Shown here: one piece after another, positions 1 to 12,009 of the stretch
Layout of the letters: every line of letters starts with the position of its first letter
How positions within the stretch are numbered: the first letter of the stretch is position 1
Source of the DNA: Octopus vulgaris
Taxonomy: Eukaryota
DNA: 64,000 nt
Assembly: GCA_951406725.2 (NCBI GenBank)
Contig: OX597833.1
Location: forward strand, 61,876,001 to 61,940,000
Direction: 5' to 3'
Notes under the pieces: generated by a model
Told to the model about the DNA's origin: nothing
Databases searched by the model: none
The model's input: only the letters and a program-made list of their open reading frames with translations
Program-made: the position numbers and the translations under genes

Positions 1-1189
1 ACCCTTTCGAGGTCCATAAATTAAGTACCATTTGCGTACTGAGGTCGATCTAATCGACTGGCCCCCTCCCTCAAAATTTCGGGCCTTGTGCCCAGAGTAG
101 AAAAGAATATATGCACCAACACGGCCCACGGCCTGAAGCTTAAGGAGCTCCTTGAACTCAAAGAAGCTAAGCTGGAGTTTTAAAATTTTAAAAATATATT
201 CATAGCAATCAAATAAAAAAATTGTAATTCTTTTAAGGTGTCTAAATTTTCTGAACCCCACAGAGTTCTGTTAAAATTATTGGGCCCCCTTTTTGATTTA
301 AATCTTAAAAGCTATCGAATTTGAATTCCCCTGAGTCGACTTAGGCCCTTTCGGGGTAGCTTCAAACTGTTTGTGGTTAATTAATTTTAATGAAACCCTC
401 TTTATCATCTTATAATGTTCTGAATTAGTTCTTTTTAAAACAAAGATTTTTTAAAAAAATACTTGGAATATGTGTTATCTTCTGAAAAATATATTCTGAA
501 AACATACGTAAAATTGTAGGGGCTCCCAAAACTTATTGGCCCAGGGCCCCCACTAAGTCTAAGTCCGGCCCTGCATTCGCCCTAGTATATGAATTGTGCT
601 TTGTTTTATCAAATCCCCAAAGGGTGAAAGTTAATGAAGTTGACTTTGATAGGGTTTGAACTCGGTATATAAAGTGCTGCGACCGCTCGGTAGATTCTGT
701 CACTCTACCACCCTCGTTATCTTTCAAGAGTGAAGACATTTAATCATAAATTATAGTATTAGCTACCTCCCAAAGCCAACCCCCTCGTCATCCCCGCTAC
801 AAAAAGGCATGACTGTCACAGCTGGAATGTCTTTGATCATGGGTTTCAATGGTCAATCAGAACTGGCCTGGGGGCTGGACGACAACCAGAACAGCAACAA
901 CAATAACACCATCAACTGCACCACCAATAACAGCCGTTCAAGAATTTGGACCTGGAGGTGTCCATTTCCAGTGACTTCGAGGGCCACCTCCCAGTGGTGT
1001 CGGGCATCAACGAAGAGCCCTCGACTACAACAAGACGACCAAAGTTTTTTTTTCCAAGGTGTGGGGTCTCCTTCCCCTAAGTCCTAGACCATCACCTAAT
1101 CACCCTTACCCGTCTTGTTGCTTAACAACAACATCAACAACAACAACAACAACCAATAACAAATACTATAACGACGACATCATCATTAC

Positions 1190-1672
1190 CAGGGCCGTCT
1201 TGAGAGCATTATAGGTTCCCCGGAAAATCAGTGCACTGGGATCTTTTACGTTTACTTATTGGCAGGCAGTAAACCACATCATACCTAGATAAGAATTGAA
1301 CCCCTAGACCAGTGGTTTTCAACCAGGGTTCCGCTAGTACAGTCCAGGGGTTCCGCAAGAAGTTACAAAACTGCTAAAATCGGCAGTAATTTTTAATTTT
1401 CCTGTGCAGATATGTGTGCATAAGACTATTAAATTATTGCACAGGGGTTCCTCGAGCCAGTGGAATGTTTCCTTGGGGTTCCGCTCCAGCAAAAAGTTTG
1501 AAAAGCACTGCCCTAGACCCTTGAGGCCCTCGGGCGAATCAATTGCATTGGGCCCTGCAACAATTTTTTTCTTGACAGCAAATCACATCATACATATATT
1601 AGAATTGGGCCCCAAGATCTGTGAGGCCCCCGGGTAACTGTCCAGTGAGGACAATGCCTTAAGACGGCGCTG
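1190..1672. mobile_element. hAT (Tip100-like) MITE
   Basis: Terminal inverted repeats CAGGGCCGTCTT...AAGACGGCGCTG; degenerate 8-bp TSD atcattac/attactac; carries a nested MITE. Confidence 0.65.
1310..1510. mobile_element. hAT Charlie-type MITE nested in the Tip100-like MITE
   Basis: TIRs CAGTGGTTTTCAA...TTGAAAAGCACTG; perfect 8-bp TSD ccctagac at 1302-1309 and 1511-1518, containing the CTAGA core typical of Charlie targets. Confidence 0.85.
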
Positions 1673-1822
1673 ATTACTACGATTACGACTACTACTAACA
1701 ACATCAACAACAGCAACAACAACAACAGTTACACTAATAACATAAAATCAAAGAGAAAACTATTAATTCTGCGCGAAACAAAGAAAGAAAAAAAAAAGAA
1801 AGAAAGAAACTGAAATACTTAC

Positions 1823-1852
1823 CAACATTTTTGCGTTTGGTCCTGAAGTCAT
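1823..1852 (-). CDS. Putative first coding exon (MTSGPNAKML) of a gene continuing left of the window
   Basis: Minus strand reads ATG ACT TCA GGA CCA AAC GCA AAA ATG TTG then a consensus donor GTAAGT (1817-1822). It is preceded by ~650 bp of non-repetitive AT-rich 5'UTR-like sequence and a CpG-rich patch. Confidence 0.5.
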
Positions 1853-2379
1853 TAACTCTTTGCAATACATAAATATATCAATAATTTATCAATGAATTTT
1901 ATCAGTAATTATCGATATCTCGCTGTATATCGATACACGTATCAATCAGAAACGATAACGTGAGTTCTGTTGGTTTCTTAGGGTTTTTAAAAAAATTAAT
2001 TTACTCAATTTAACAATTATATAATCTTAAAAGATTAATTAATTAATTAACAATGTAGTTAATTAATTATCAATTTGTTTTAGCTTTGTTTTCGTGGTTG
2101 CTGGTTTTGTTTTTTTGTTTTTTTCACTTGTTAAATGAAGACGTGAAGAATTAATTGCTTCGTTAATTTAAGAAAAATAATCTTGAAGCTTCCTTTATCG
2201 CAAAGCTTTTATATGCAAATTGCTCAGTTTGGTTTCTGTTGTTGCTTTTAGGGGGTTTTCTTTCACAATGTAATAAACCTTCCTTCCTATTATTGATGCT
2301 GTTGTAAGTTGTTCCGTGCGTGGCAAACACCAAAAAGAATTTATACACGAACAATCAATCTTCACTGATCAAAAAAGAT

Positions 2380-2535
2380 GAACGTCTGCTGAGAGCGAAT
2401 TAATAGCGATTCAGAGATGCGAGGGGCCTTTTTATATGTTTGTCGGCTGCGAGAGTGGCGGACGCGGGTCGGGCGGAGGTGTTGCTCTGACGTCGTTCAC
2501 TTCCACTGGTTCTTCTAAGATTTAACGTCAGAGAA
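2380..2535 (-). promoter_or_regulatory. Candidate core promoter for the 1852 exon
   Basis: Local CpG/GC enrichment, a GC box (gggcgg), CRE-like TGACGTC near 2488 and AACGTCA near 2524, bounded by CT/CA microsatellites. Confidence 0.4.
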
Positions 2536-2639
2536 CAAACGTTAATGGTGTGTGTATGTGTGTGTGTGTGTCTTACGTACATGGGAGAGTTGGGTAGGAG
2601 GAGTACATGTTAAAGATGAGTGTCTGTAATTAGCAACCT

Positions 2640-2811
2640 CCCTTCGCTCTCTCTCTCTCTCTCTCTTTCTTTTCTTTTGTTCTTTTCCTTTCTTCCTTAA
2701 ATCTTTCTCTTTTCTCTTCCTTTGCTCTCTCGCTCTCTCTCTCTCGCTTCCTTCCTTTGCCCTTTCTGTCTCTTCTCTTCATTTGCTTCCGCGCTCTCTT
2801 CATTTGCCATT

Positions 2812-2844
<33 letters not shown>

Positions 2845-2881
2845 TTCTCTCTTTCTCTCTCTCTCTCTTTCTTTCTCTCTT

Positions 2882-2915
<34 letters not shown>

Positions 2916-2975
2916 ACACACACACATTCACAAACATAGGTATGTGTTCTTTCTCTCCTTGGACTCTCATTCATA

Positions 2976-3014
<39 letters not shown>

Positions 3015-3060
3015 ACACACACACATACACACCCACTCTTTTTCTCACGCGTTCTCTCTC
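2640..3060. repeat. (CT)n/(CA)n compound microsatellite
   Basis: Seen directly. Confidence 0.95.
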
Positions 3061-3334
3061 CTTCGTTTCAAAAACTCTGCCACAAAACCCCATAACATTT
3101 ATTTACCCCCCCCCCCTACAACTACCAAAGACTTCCTTCCAAGAGAATGTCTTCAATTCGTAGTATTTAGTGCTTCATTCAAAATATTGGCACCGTATCG
3201 CCATGACCACCACAGGACTTGACATTAGAAGCCGAGCACCACACACGCACATACACGTACAGGGTAGTTTCAATGCATCAAAAAATGCAGTCCATAGAAG
3301 GCACATAGAACTGCCCACGGTTACTCGCTCTCTC

Positions 3335-3806
3335 TCTCTTTACTCTTTTACTCTTTTACTTGACTGTGGCCATCCTGGAGCACCGCCTTTAGTCGAGCAC
3401 ATCGACTCCAGGGCTTATTCTTTGTAAGCCTAGTACTTATTCTATCAGTCTCTTTTGCCGAACCGCTAATGTTATGGGGACGTAAACGCACAAGCATCGG
3501 TTGTCAAGAGATGTTGGGGTGGGGGACGAACACAGACACACATGCATACATACATACATACATACATACAAGCATACATACATATATACATACATACGTA
3601 CATATATACATACATACACACATACATACACACATACATACATACATACATACATACATACATACACACATACATACATACATACATACATACATACATA
3701 GATACATACATACATACATACATACATACATACATACATACATACATACATACATACATACATACATACACACATACATAGATACATACATACATACATA
3801 CATACA

Positions 3807-3841
<35 letters not shown>

Positions 3842-3996
3842 GCGATGTGCTTCTTTCAGTTTCCGTCTACCAAATCCACACACAAGGCTTTGGTCGGCCC
3901 GAGGCTTTAGTAGAAGACACTCGCCCAAGGTGTCACGCAGTGGGACTGAACCCGGAACCATGCGGTTCGTAAGCAAGCTACTTACCACACAGCCAC
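3335..3996 (-). mobile_element. tRNA-derived CORE-type SINE with an expanded internal (TATG)n tract
   Basis: Minus-strand head GTGGCTGTGTGGTAAG...GGTTCAGTCCC, CORE-like CACCTTGGGCGAGTGTCTT, AAAAGAGT-repeat tail. The same family is at 37305, 46598, 55375, 56258 and 63853. Confidence 0.9.
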
Positions 3997-4244
3997 AGAC
4001 GAACTCCACACATTCAGGATTCATCTGACCATCAAGAGTAAATACCTTCTTAGACTCCCTTAATCTCTAACTTTCAAGCTTATTTGAAAGTAGGACTATC
4101 CACTCAAACAGTGTTCACCGTTCTTATTTACCTTTCAATAAATTTATAGGAAAGCGGCATTCCCTTCTCCACATCACCTTCCTCCCTGAATGGAACTTAG
4201 AGAAAAGTAGATGAAGGCTTCGTTAATTACTATTTTAACACCCG

Positions 4245-4930
4245 GGACACAAAAAAAGGATAATAGGGATTAAAAAAATGTATATTAAATGAATATGAAA
4301 ATAAAAATTTGCGCCAATGAATCGAGGGTGGAGAGAGGACTTTCGGAAAAATTCACACGATTCGATTTTTTTCCTCATAACTTTTAGGAAAATGGATATC
4401 TTTTAATGAAATTCTATATAAATGCCTTTAAAACAGCATAGATCAAGATTATAAAGAAATCGCCCAGAACTTTTCTTCCATAGTGAAACCATATTCAGCA
4501 CCGTATTTATGGCTTTGTTTCTCTCACCATGATGCTTGAAATTTTTTTTAAAAAAATCTTTTTCTGTTACTCAAATGAAAAATAAATGAATCTAAAAATA
4601 CGTTTTCAAACTTTTTTTCCATTACACTCAAGCGAAAAAAAAATCATTTATGAATTTCTTTCTCTCCAAAAGTCCTCTCCCCACCCTTTCGGAAAAAATG
4701 TTTCCCACAAATTTCTTTATAATCGTAATCTATGCAGTTTGAAAGGTATTTATATAAAATTTTATAAAAAGATATCCGTTTTTCTAAAAGCGATGAGGGA
4801 AAAAATCGGATCGTGTGAATTTTCCGAAAGTTTTCTCCCCACCCAGCTCCCTGTCCATTGGCGCAAATTTTTGTTTTCATATTCGTTTAATACACATTTT
4901 TTGAACCTATTACACTTGTTTTTTGTAGTT
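4245..4930. mobile_element. Non-autonomous foldback/MITE-like element with long (~200 bp) imperfect inverted arms
   Basis: ~4260-4460 is the reverse complement of ~4705-4915 (e.g. atgaaaataaaaatttgcgccaatg / cattggcgcaaatttttgttttcat). Confidence 0.65.
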
Positions 4931-4984
4931 GCCTTTTGGCTTCTTTTTTTTAGTTGCCGGATGTCAAAGTTGTAATTAGCCGAA

Positions 4985-5950
4985 ACCTTCACCAAAGACG
5001 GAACTGTTTGACTTCCGGTTCTTTCAGTTGCATCCACCTCACAAGCTCTTTCACCAGAACCAGCAAAACGAGATAAACGTCTGATCTTTCTGACCACACG
5101 GAACCAACAGAGCGACCTTGATGGATTCGGTTAATAACTAGACCCGTCCTACACGCGATTACAGATGTTTGACAAAGCCCCGCAAATGTTTTGGAGATGA
5201 TCAAGTGTGCACAGAAAGATTTCGTCCATCATTGCACACCTCAGACATGCTTGACGAGTTTATATCAGCCCAACAAATGCCTTCACTCTGCTAGCACTGC
5301 CAAATCAGGGATTTATTGCAGTTATCAAATAGTCTCTGAGCTCTAAGTCCTCAGAAACAAACCAGCCAGTCGTTTCCCGTTAACACTCAGATATTCCTCA
5401 ACAACATCGCTGTAGCTTGAGACATAATGGAAATGGGACGAGATACATGTGAAGGATGGACCTTTCAGTTCAAAACGGTTCAAATAAGGAACCCTTTAAT
5501 CTGACCACCAAGCAGATATCACAATACGTTCAGACGATCCTGCCTTTGAAAACAAGAGTGAAACTCATTGCTACAAAGAAAGACTCGAAGTATTTCGAAC
5601 TTATCAAGAGGCTTTCGACTGATCCAAATAGATCAGAGTCCTAGGAATGTCAGGTTTGTTACCCACCCTCTCAGTGATGCATCACATGAAGTAGCAATGG
5701 ACACATTTATCGTGAACCTCACCGGTTTCCACTTTCTTAACCACACTGTTAACCTTTCGACGAGCATCTTGTTCGAAACCTTTAATTGTGAATTCTGCAG
5801 AATTACGAGTTAAAAATTATCGATAACGTCCTCATTTCAAGCATCCTTCATCGACAGCATTGCCATTCCTAGCATATAGGAGAAATTCTCCAGTTTTGCT
5901 GCCTGTAGCAGTTATCGTCTGCCAAGACGTCGTCAATCAGGTCTGGTGAG
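4985..5950 (-). mobile_element. Decayed Tx1/L1-clade LINE ORF2 fragment
   Basis: Minus-strand translation gives LIYLDQSKA(F)DK (RT motif, ~5611-5637), VVRLKGSLFEPF and a C-terminal ACLRC..DE knuckle remnant, with many stops and frameshifts. Confidence 0.7.
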
Positions 5951-6449
5951 AATACGTGAAGACTGTACGATAAACCATTTGAAAAAGGTAGTTTAATCCT
6001 CGACCGATCAATTATTGCCAAACTGTTGTCTTTAGCTTTTGGGATCGGGTTTTCGCATCACTCTGCGCCCTCCGCCGTGAGCAGTGCCAGGCCATCGAAG
6101 GCAGCAATTAAGCCCAATACTGTCTCCCTCTTGCTTCCACCTAAAACAATTTAAACAAAAGCACCGCTGTAAAAACTGTGAAGGCCTACTTATCACTGAG
6201 TAGCACAAGTTCGTCACAGTACGTAAGATAATGAAAGGAAAGAAAGAAAGAAAGAAAGGAAGAAGGAAAGAAGGAAAGAAGGAAAGAAAGAAAGAATGGA
6301 AGAAAGGAAGAAAGGAAGAAATAGAATAGGTCAACGCATGAATAAAAACGTGAATGAGGGAAATTTTGAAAATCGTGTAGATACGAAATAAAACTAATTT
6401 AAAAGATAACCTGTCCCTGTCTGTCTCCCTCCCTGTCTGTCTCTCTCTC

Positions 6450-6491
<42 letters not shown>

Positions 6492-6794
6492 GCTCTCATC
6501 TATGCGTGTTCTTCACACATATTCATATGTATGTATGTATGTACACATATATATAAGTTCAGCAAAATTTAGATTCAGATGAATATGGTACTTGAGTTAA
6601 AGGCACCAAAATTTGGTATGGTATTATATATATATATGTAAACAATTGCAATGTGGAAAGTGCTTATAAGCCATTTAAGAAACACACAAAAACTGTTAGA
6701 TTCACTTCAACATTTAAATTTAATTTGACAAAATATTTTCTTCGCTTTGAGACCGCGACCTGTTCACTGACAAAATTCCGTGCTGCATCTGACA

Positions 6795-6795
<1 letters not shown>

Positions 6796-6871
<76 letters not shown>

Positions 6872-6917
6872 TGTATGTATGTATGTATGTATGTATGTAT
6901 ATATGTATGTATGTATG

Positions 6918-6990
<73 letters not shown>
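6796..6990. repeat. (TA)n-(TATG)n-(TAGA)n compound microsatellite
   Basis: Seen directly. Confidence 0.95.
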
Positions 6991-7289
6991 GTCATTGAGC
7001 AAGGTGCTGAAGTCTCTAAATCTCCTCCTTTACAGGAATAAGTAGACAAAATTCTTGGAAGTAAACCTGGGGAATTGTTTATTGAAGATCTAAGGTGTTT
7101 TAAGAAATGGTGAGATGGAAGATTCTGGTAAATTGGTCGAGATCTTTTTTGATAAGGATTGGCTGCAATTTGCAAGATGGGAGTTAAGGAGTTAAGTACG
7201 ATATACCCGGAGGTATTCTTTGTGGTTTTGATGACGATCATGTAGAGGAAATTCGACTCGTGGCGAGCTCGAATTACTCAGCGTTCAGC

Positions 7290-8340
7290 TGTAGGTGCGG
7301 CTGTGGTGTAAAGTCTGCTGCGTAACCACATAGTTCCGGATTCAGTTCCATTAGATGATGGCACCTGAGGTAAATATCTTTTACTAAAATCCGAGCCGAT
7401 CAAAGTTTTGAGGGTGCATTTGATAGACGGAAACTGAAAGAAGCCCAACACACGCCCCCCCCCCCACACACACACACAGGAATATTGATGCAATATATGG
7501 GGATCGGACAATAAGCGTAAGCCAGTGTCAATGGTGGTTCCAGAAATTTCGAGCCGGAAACTACAGCCTAGAAGACGAGCCTCATCCTGGAAGATTTGTA
7601 GAGCTCGGCGAGGACGTCCTGCAAACCCTATATATATATATACATATATACATATATATACATATAAGCGGCGAGCTGGCAGAATCTTTAGCACGCCGGG
7701 CGAAATGCGTAGCCGTATTTCGTCTGCCGTCACGTTCTGAGTGCAAATTCCGCCGATGTCTACTTTGCCTTTCATCCTTTCGGGGTCGATAAATTAAGTA
7801 CCAGTTACGCACTGGGGTCGATGTGATCGACTTAATCCGTTTGTATGTCCTTGTTTGTCCCCTCTATGTTTAGCCCCTTGTGGGTAATAAAGAAACACAC
7901 ACACACACATATATATATATATACATACGACAAGCTTCTTTCGAGTTTCCGTCTACCAAATCCACTCACAAGGCGTTGGTTGGCTTGAGGCTAAAGTAGA
8001 GGACACTTGCCAAACGTAATACGCAGTGGGACTGAACCCGGAACCATGTGGTTGGGGAGCAAGCTTCTTACCACACAGCCACGCCTGCGTTAATTCATGT
8101 GTGTGTGTGTATTTCTGTCTTACACGCGCACACAGCTTGACAACCGGTGCTGGTTTATTTACGTTGACTACCTTAGCGGTTGGGCATAAGTGACCGATAA
8201 AATATGTACTAAGCTTTTTTAAAAAAAATGTACTGGGGTGGGGGGGGGTTTGATTCGTTCAACTAAAACCCTCGCAGGCGGTGCTCCGGCATGGTCGCAG
8301 TCCAATGAATGGAACAAGTAAAAGATAAAGAAAAAGAAAA
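7290..8340. mobile_element. Nested SINE cluster
   Basis: CORE-type SINE head (+, 7290-7470) and tail (8100-8340) are separated by a Meta-domain-like SINE (+, 7667-7894) and a reverse CORE-type head (7925-8088). Confidence 0.8.
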
Positions 8341-8501
8341 AGATGAAATAAAAGGTTGCGGCAGTGTAGAATAAGAGCCATCAAGTCTCTTATAATTAGG
8401 GAGGAATTTCTCCAAGACATTTTTGGTCGTGGTTTGGTTTGTTTGCTTTAAATGTGGCAATGCAACAGAAAACGAAACATTTGAGATGTAGGAGGGAAGT
8501 C

Positions 8502-8920
8502 GGATCTTTTCGGTTTGACCGGCAGTTTTTTTCTAGCGGTGTCATATGAAATTGTCACCCATAATTATGACCCTAGTATCGATCTATTGCATTTCAGTCT
8601 ATTTTAGTGTTAGGGTTAGGGGTGGAGGGAAGGGTATCTTTTTTTTCTTCAGAAATGTAAATAAACCCAATCTGTTTCTTAAACGAGGGACATATTCATA
8701 CGGCACAGAATGTTTTCACCTCAATAGACGGTCATTGATTGGTTGAAATTGCAGAAATTGAAGAAAAAAAACAACAAATATCATACACACTATAGAATTT
8801 TCTCAATAAAGCCAAGAGAAAAAGATGTTTTATAAACTCATTCTACCAGTGTACGAAGTTTAAAATTTTTTAGTTACCTAGAAATCATGTTAAAAACTGC
8901 CGTTCAAACCGAAAAGATCC
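8502..8920. mobile_element. Merlin-type MITE, copy 1
   Basis: ~28-bp TIRs GGATCTTTTCGGTTTGA(C/A)CGGCAGTTTT; perfect 8-bp TSD gggaagtc (8494-8501 and 8921-8928); terminal GG; internal TTAGGG units. Confidence 0.8.
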
Positions 8921-9106
8921 GGGAAGTCTTGGGGAAGGATGTCGAAGAATATGTCTAAGAAGATGATTTCCAGTTAAAGATATAGTGCTTTGAAATCGCA
9001 AAGGAAGTGGTATAGAGAGTTATATGCGGTGGCGTTAATTCGTTTCCCAGAGTTCTTTAACAAAATATGAATCGGCTAAATAGCCGCAAACACACACACA
9101 CACACA

Positions 9107-9523
9107 GGATCTTTTCGGTTTGACCGGCAGTTTTTAAAAATAATTTCCACGTAACTAAACACTTTTAAACTTCGTATACTGGTAGAATGTGTTTATAAAA
9201 CATCCTTTTCTCTTGGCTTTATTGAGAAAATTCTATGGTTTCTAAGATATTTGTTGTTGTTTTTTCATCAATTTCTGCAATTTCAACCAATTACTGACGT
9301 CTATTGAGGTAAAAAACATTCTGTGCCGTATGAATATGTCCCTCATTTAAGAAACAGATTGGTTTTTTTTTTTACATTTGTGAAGAAAAAAAAAGATACC
9401 CTTCCGCCACCCCTAACCCTAAATCAGATTGAAATGCAATAGATCGATACTAGGGTCATAATTATGAGTGACAATTTCATATGACACCGCCAGAAAAAAC
9501 TGCCGTTCAAACCGAAAAGATCC
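9107..9523. mobile_element. Merlin-type MITE, copy 2 (inverted relative to copy 1)
   Basis: Same TIRs; the interior is the reverse complement of 8502-8920; inserted in a (CA)n tract. Confidence 0.8.
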
Positions 9524-9630
9524 CCCCCACACACACAGGCAGGTATAGTTAAGGACTAAAACTCAAATATAATGTAACGATAGAGATGAACGAATAATTT
9601 ATTCCTGGTAATTTCTTCCTAAATATTTTC

Positions 9631-10257
9631 TCATTTGTAAAGATCGGAATCGACTCTAAATTGATCAAAAAGCTTCATGGTTCTCAAAATTCTGCAAATA
9701 TAAACCTCCGGTACAGTGTATATGTTTAAATATCTCAGAAAATGATATTCCTTAAAGGTAATCGCTGGACAGAACTTCTGTTCGAACGTGCTACATAAAC
9801 TTGCAAAAAGTGTAAATACAAAATAAGCCAAGGAAAGTTTAGCTAGGAGGTCGATAAATCCTGCGATTTCGTAGTGGTTTATAATAACACTAATCTGAAT
9901 GCAGAACAAATACAAGGAAGTTAAAATCAAATTTCTTAAAGTTTTTTCTTCAATCCCCAACGGTCTTAAGAAATACATTGTTATCTTTTCATGAGCAATG
10001 CAATCCCACGTTTCCTTTTCAACAAAAACGCAGCGCCCTTCGAAAATGAACGACATTAACATTTTAAACATGGCCGGTTTGCATTTATCGCGGAGAATTA
10101 ATTCACTGAAACAAGTTATCCAAATGATTATAGTGATGGAAACTGTTGCTGCATGAAGTATTGTGATGTACTTTTTCTGGCTCGGGAAAACACCTGACAG
10201 ATATTGTATGAAAGCCGTAATCAGATAATAAGATATAAACGTAATAAAAAAGTCCAT
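9631..10257 (-). CDS. Single-exon ORF, 208-aa putative multi-pass membrane protein of unknown family
   Basis: 627-bp uninterrupted, non-repetitive ORF in AT-rich DNA; about four hydrophobic segments; pyrimidine tract plus CAAG directly before the ATG (possible acceptor); AATAAA ~28 nt after the stop (9598-9603). Confidence 0.55.
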   Translation of the reverse strand: MDFFITFISYYLITAFIQYLSGVFPSQKKYITILHAATVSITIIIWITCFSELILRDKCKPAMFKMLMSFIFEGRCVFVEKETWDCIAHEKITMYFLRPLGIEEKTLRNLILTSLYLFCIQISVIINHYEIAGFIDLLAKLSLAYFVFTLFASLCSTFEQKFCPAITFKEYHFLRYLNIYTVPEVYICRILRTMKLFDQFRVDSDLYK

Positions 10258-10469
10258 CTTGAGAATTTGAAAAGAGAAAACAAACTATAGTTCAAAAGAA
10301 TACGAATTCCAAGTGGTCTTTTTGGTATTCTCGTCCGATTCGTACAAATTCAAAACAGGTTTTCAAATACATTGTATTTTAGCGATAAGAATTAATCATA
10401 ATTTTGTATTTACCCAGGCAAAATCATGTTTTACGTAAAAACCGTTCAACTTTGAATGCCAACGTGATT

Positions 10470-10532
10470 CTTCAACTTCCGCTCTTTCGATGACGTCACA
10501 ATATCAGTTTAGGGAACCGCGCCACGTGGTCC
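10470..10532 (-). promoter_or_regulatory. Candidate promoter motifs upstream of the 208-aa ORF
   Basis: ETS-like ACTTCCG at 10475-10481, full CRE TGACGTCA at 10491-10498, E-box CCACGTGG at 10522-10529. Confidence 0.4.
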
Positions 10533-10778
10533 GCACGACATAACAACTAAATCTCTCTCAAATCTTAACCTCCAGTTTTAAACAAGGAAAAAGTACATTC
10601 GGTAATGAATGAAGCTCTGACAAAAATTAGTAATAAAAGCTAAATAAAAAGACGACTGTCGCCATATGTGCGTGCGCGCGCGCACATATGTGTGAATGTA
10701 TGCGTGTCCGAAACATAGGATATTCCACTCTTCATGGATTCTTTACTGGGTTTTACCTGTCGTTATATATACGAGGAT

Positions 10779-11103
10779 GAGGCGCGTGGCTTAGTGGTTA
10801 GGGCATTCGGCTCACGATTGTAAGGTCGTGAGTTCGATTCCCGGTGACGCGTTGTGTCCTTGAGCAAGACACTTTATTTCACGGTGCTCCAGTCCACTCA
10901 GCTGGCAAAAATGAGTTGTGCCTGTATATTCAAAGGGCCAGTCTTGTCACACTTTGTGTCACACTGAATCTCCCTGAGAACTACGTTAGGGGTACACGTG
11001 TCTGTGGATTGCTCAGTCACTTGCACGTTAAATTCACGAGCAGGCTGTTCCGTTGATCGTATCAGCTGGGACCCTCGTCGTCGTAACCGACGGAGTGCTC
11101 CTC
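10779..11103 (+). mobile_element. tRNA-derived CORE SINE
   Basis: A box TGGCTTAGTGG, B box GAGTTCGATTCC, CORE GTGTCCTTGAGCAAGACACTT; TSD tatatacgagg(a/g)tgag duplicates the end of the adjacent mariner TIR. Confidence 0.9.
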
Positions 11104-11106
11104 TAT

Positions 11107-11375
11107 ATACGAGGGTGAGCAAAAAGTGATGCCATTTTGTTTAGGACAGGTATAATTACCAACACAGGAAGACGTATCATACATCAAAATGAAGCTGGTC
11201 CTCTGTGGATCACATCCCTAATTCTTAACATAGTCACCGTTTCTCTCAATAGCAATGTTCCACCTTCGAATGAGAGCATGTATCCCTGCCCCATAAAATT
11301 CTGTTGACTGTTCTTTGAGCCACTTCTGCACTACAGTTTTCACTTCCTCGTCACTGGAATAATTTAGGGCCTTCA
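11107..11375 (-). mobile_element. Mariner 3' end remnant
   Basis: TA-CGAGGG TIR; minus-strand transposase C-terminus YSSDEEVKTVVQKWLKEQSTEFY..GIHALIRRWNIAIERNGDYV. Confidence 0.85.
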
Positions 11376-11729
11376 GACTATCATCTCTTCGGCCTAATGA
11401 AAGGGAGTTTGAGAGGTAATCATTATTGAGAGGTAAACACTCCGCCCGGTCCGGGGATCGAACCAACGACTCGACAAATGCGAACCTAATACTCAAACAA
11501 CAACACCACGTACCTTCGTATGCATATTCGTTTCGGTTCTTAGCCCTTCTGAGCTCAAATTCCGCTTCGATACCCCTAAAGCATCCTGACCAGTGTGTCT
11601 AGTGTGACGTACAGGGAAAGATAGATACTCCTCAATCCGTGAAGTACAGCGACGGGTGTAGGAGGGGGAATATAAATGTTCGCAGGGGTGGAGAGTGAGG
11701 TCAGGTGTAACAATATGTGTGCAGGTGTA

Positions 11730-11776
<47 letters not shown>

Positions 11777-12009
11777 ATGTGTATGCGTGTTCGTAGCACT
11801 TTTCTTTCTTGTTGGTTACGTACGTTTCACCTCATTCACCAGTGACATCACCAAATTGTGAAACCGGTAGCGATGTCTTCCAGTATTTAAGGACCATGCC
11901 GCTCCTGTTTAACGCGTCCTTGTCCACTTCTTGAGTTCTCCATCCAGGCATTGACTATGGTGTTGCTGTTGAGCGAAGCAATCTTTGTCCCAGAGCTCGC
12001 AAGTTGGGA

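Noticed and set aside
10779-10850. tRNA-like sequences (also at 12260-12330, 22744 and 27263)
   Set aside because: These are SINE heads with A/B boxes; they lack a complete cloverleaf and run into SINE bodies.
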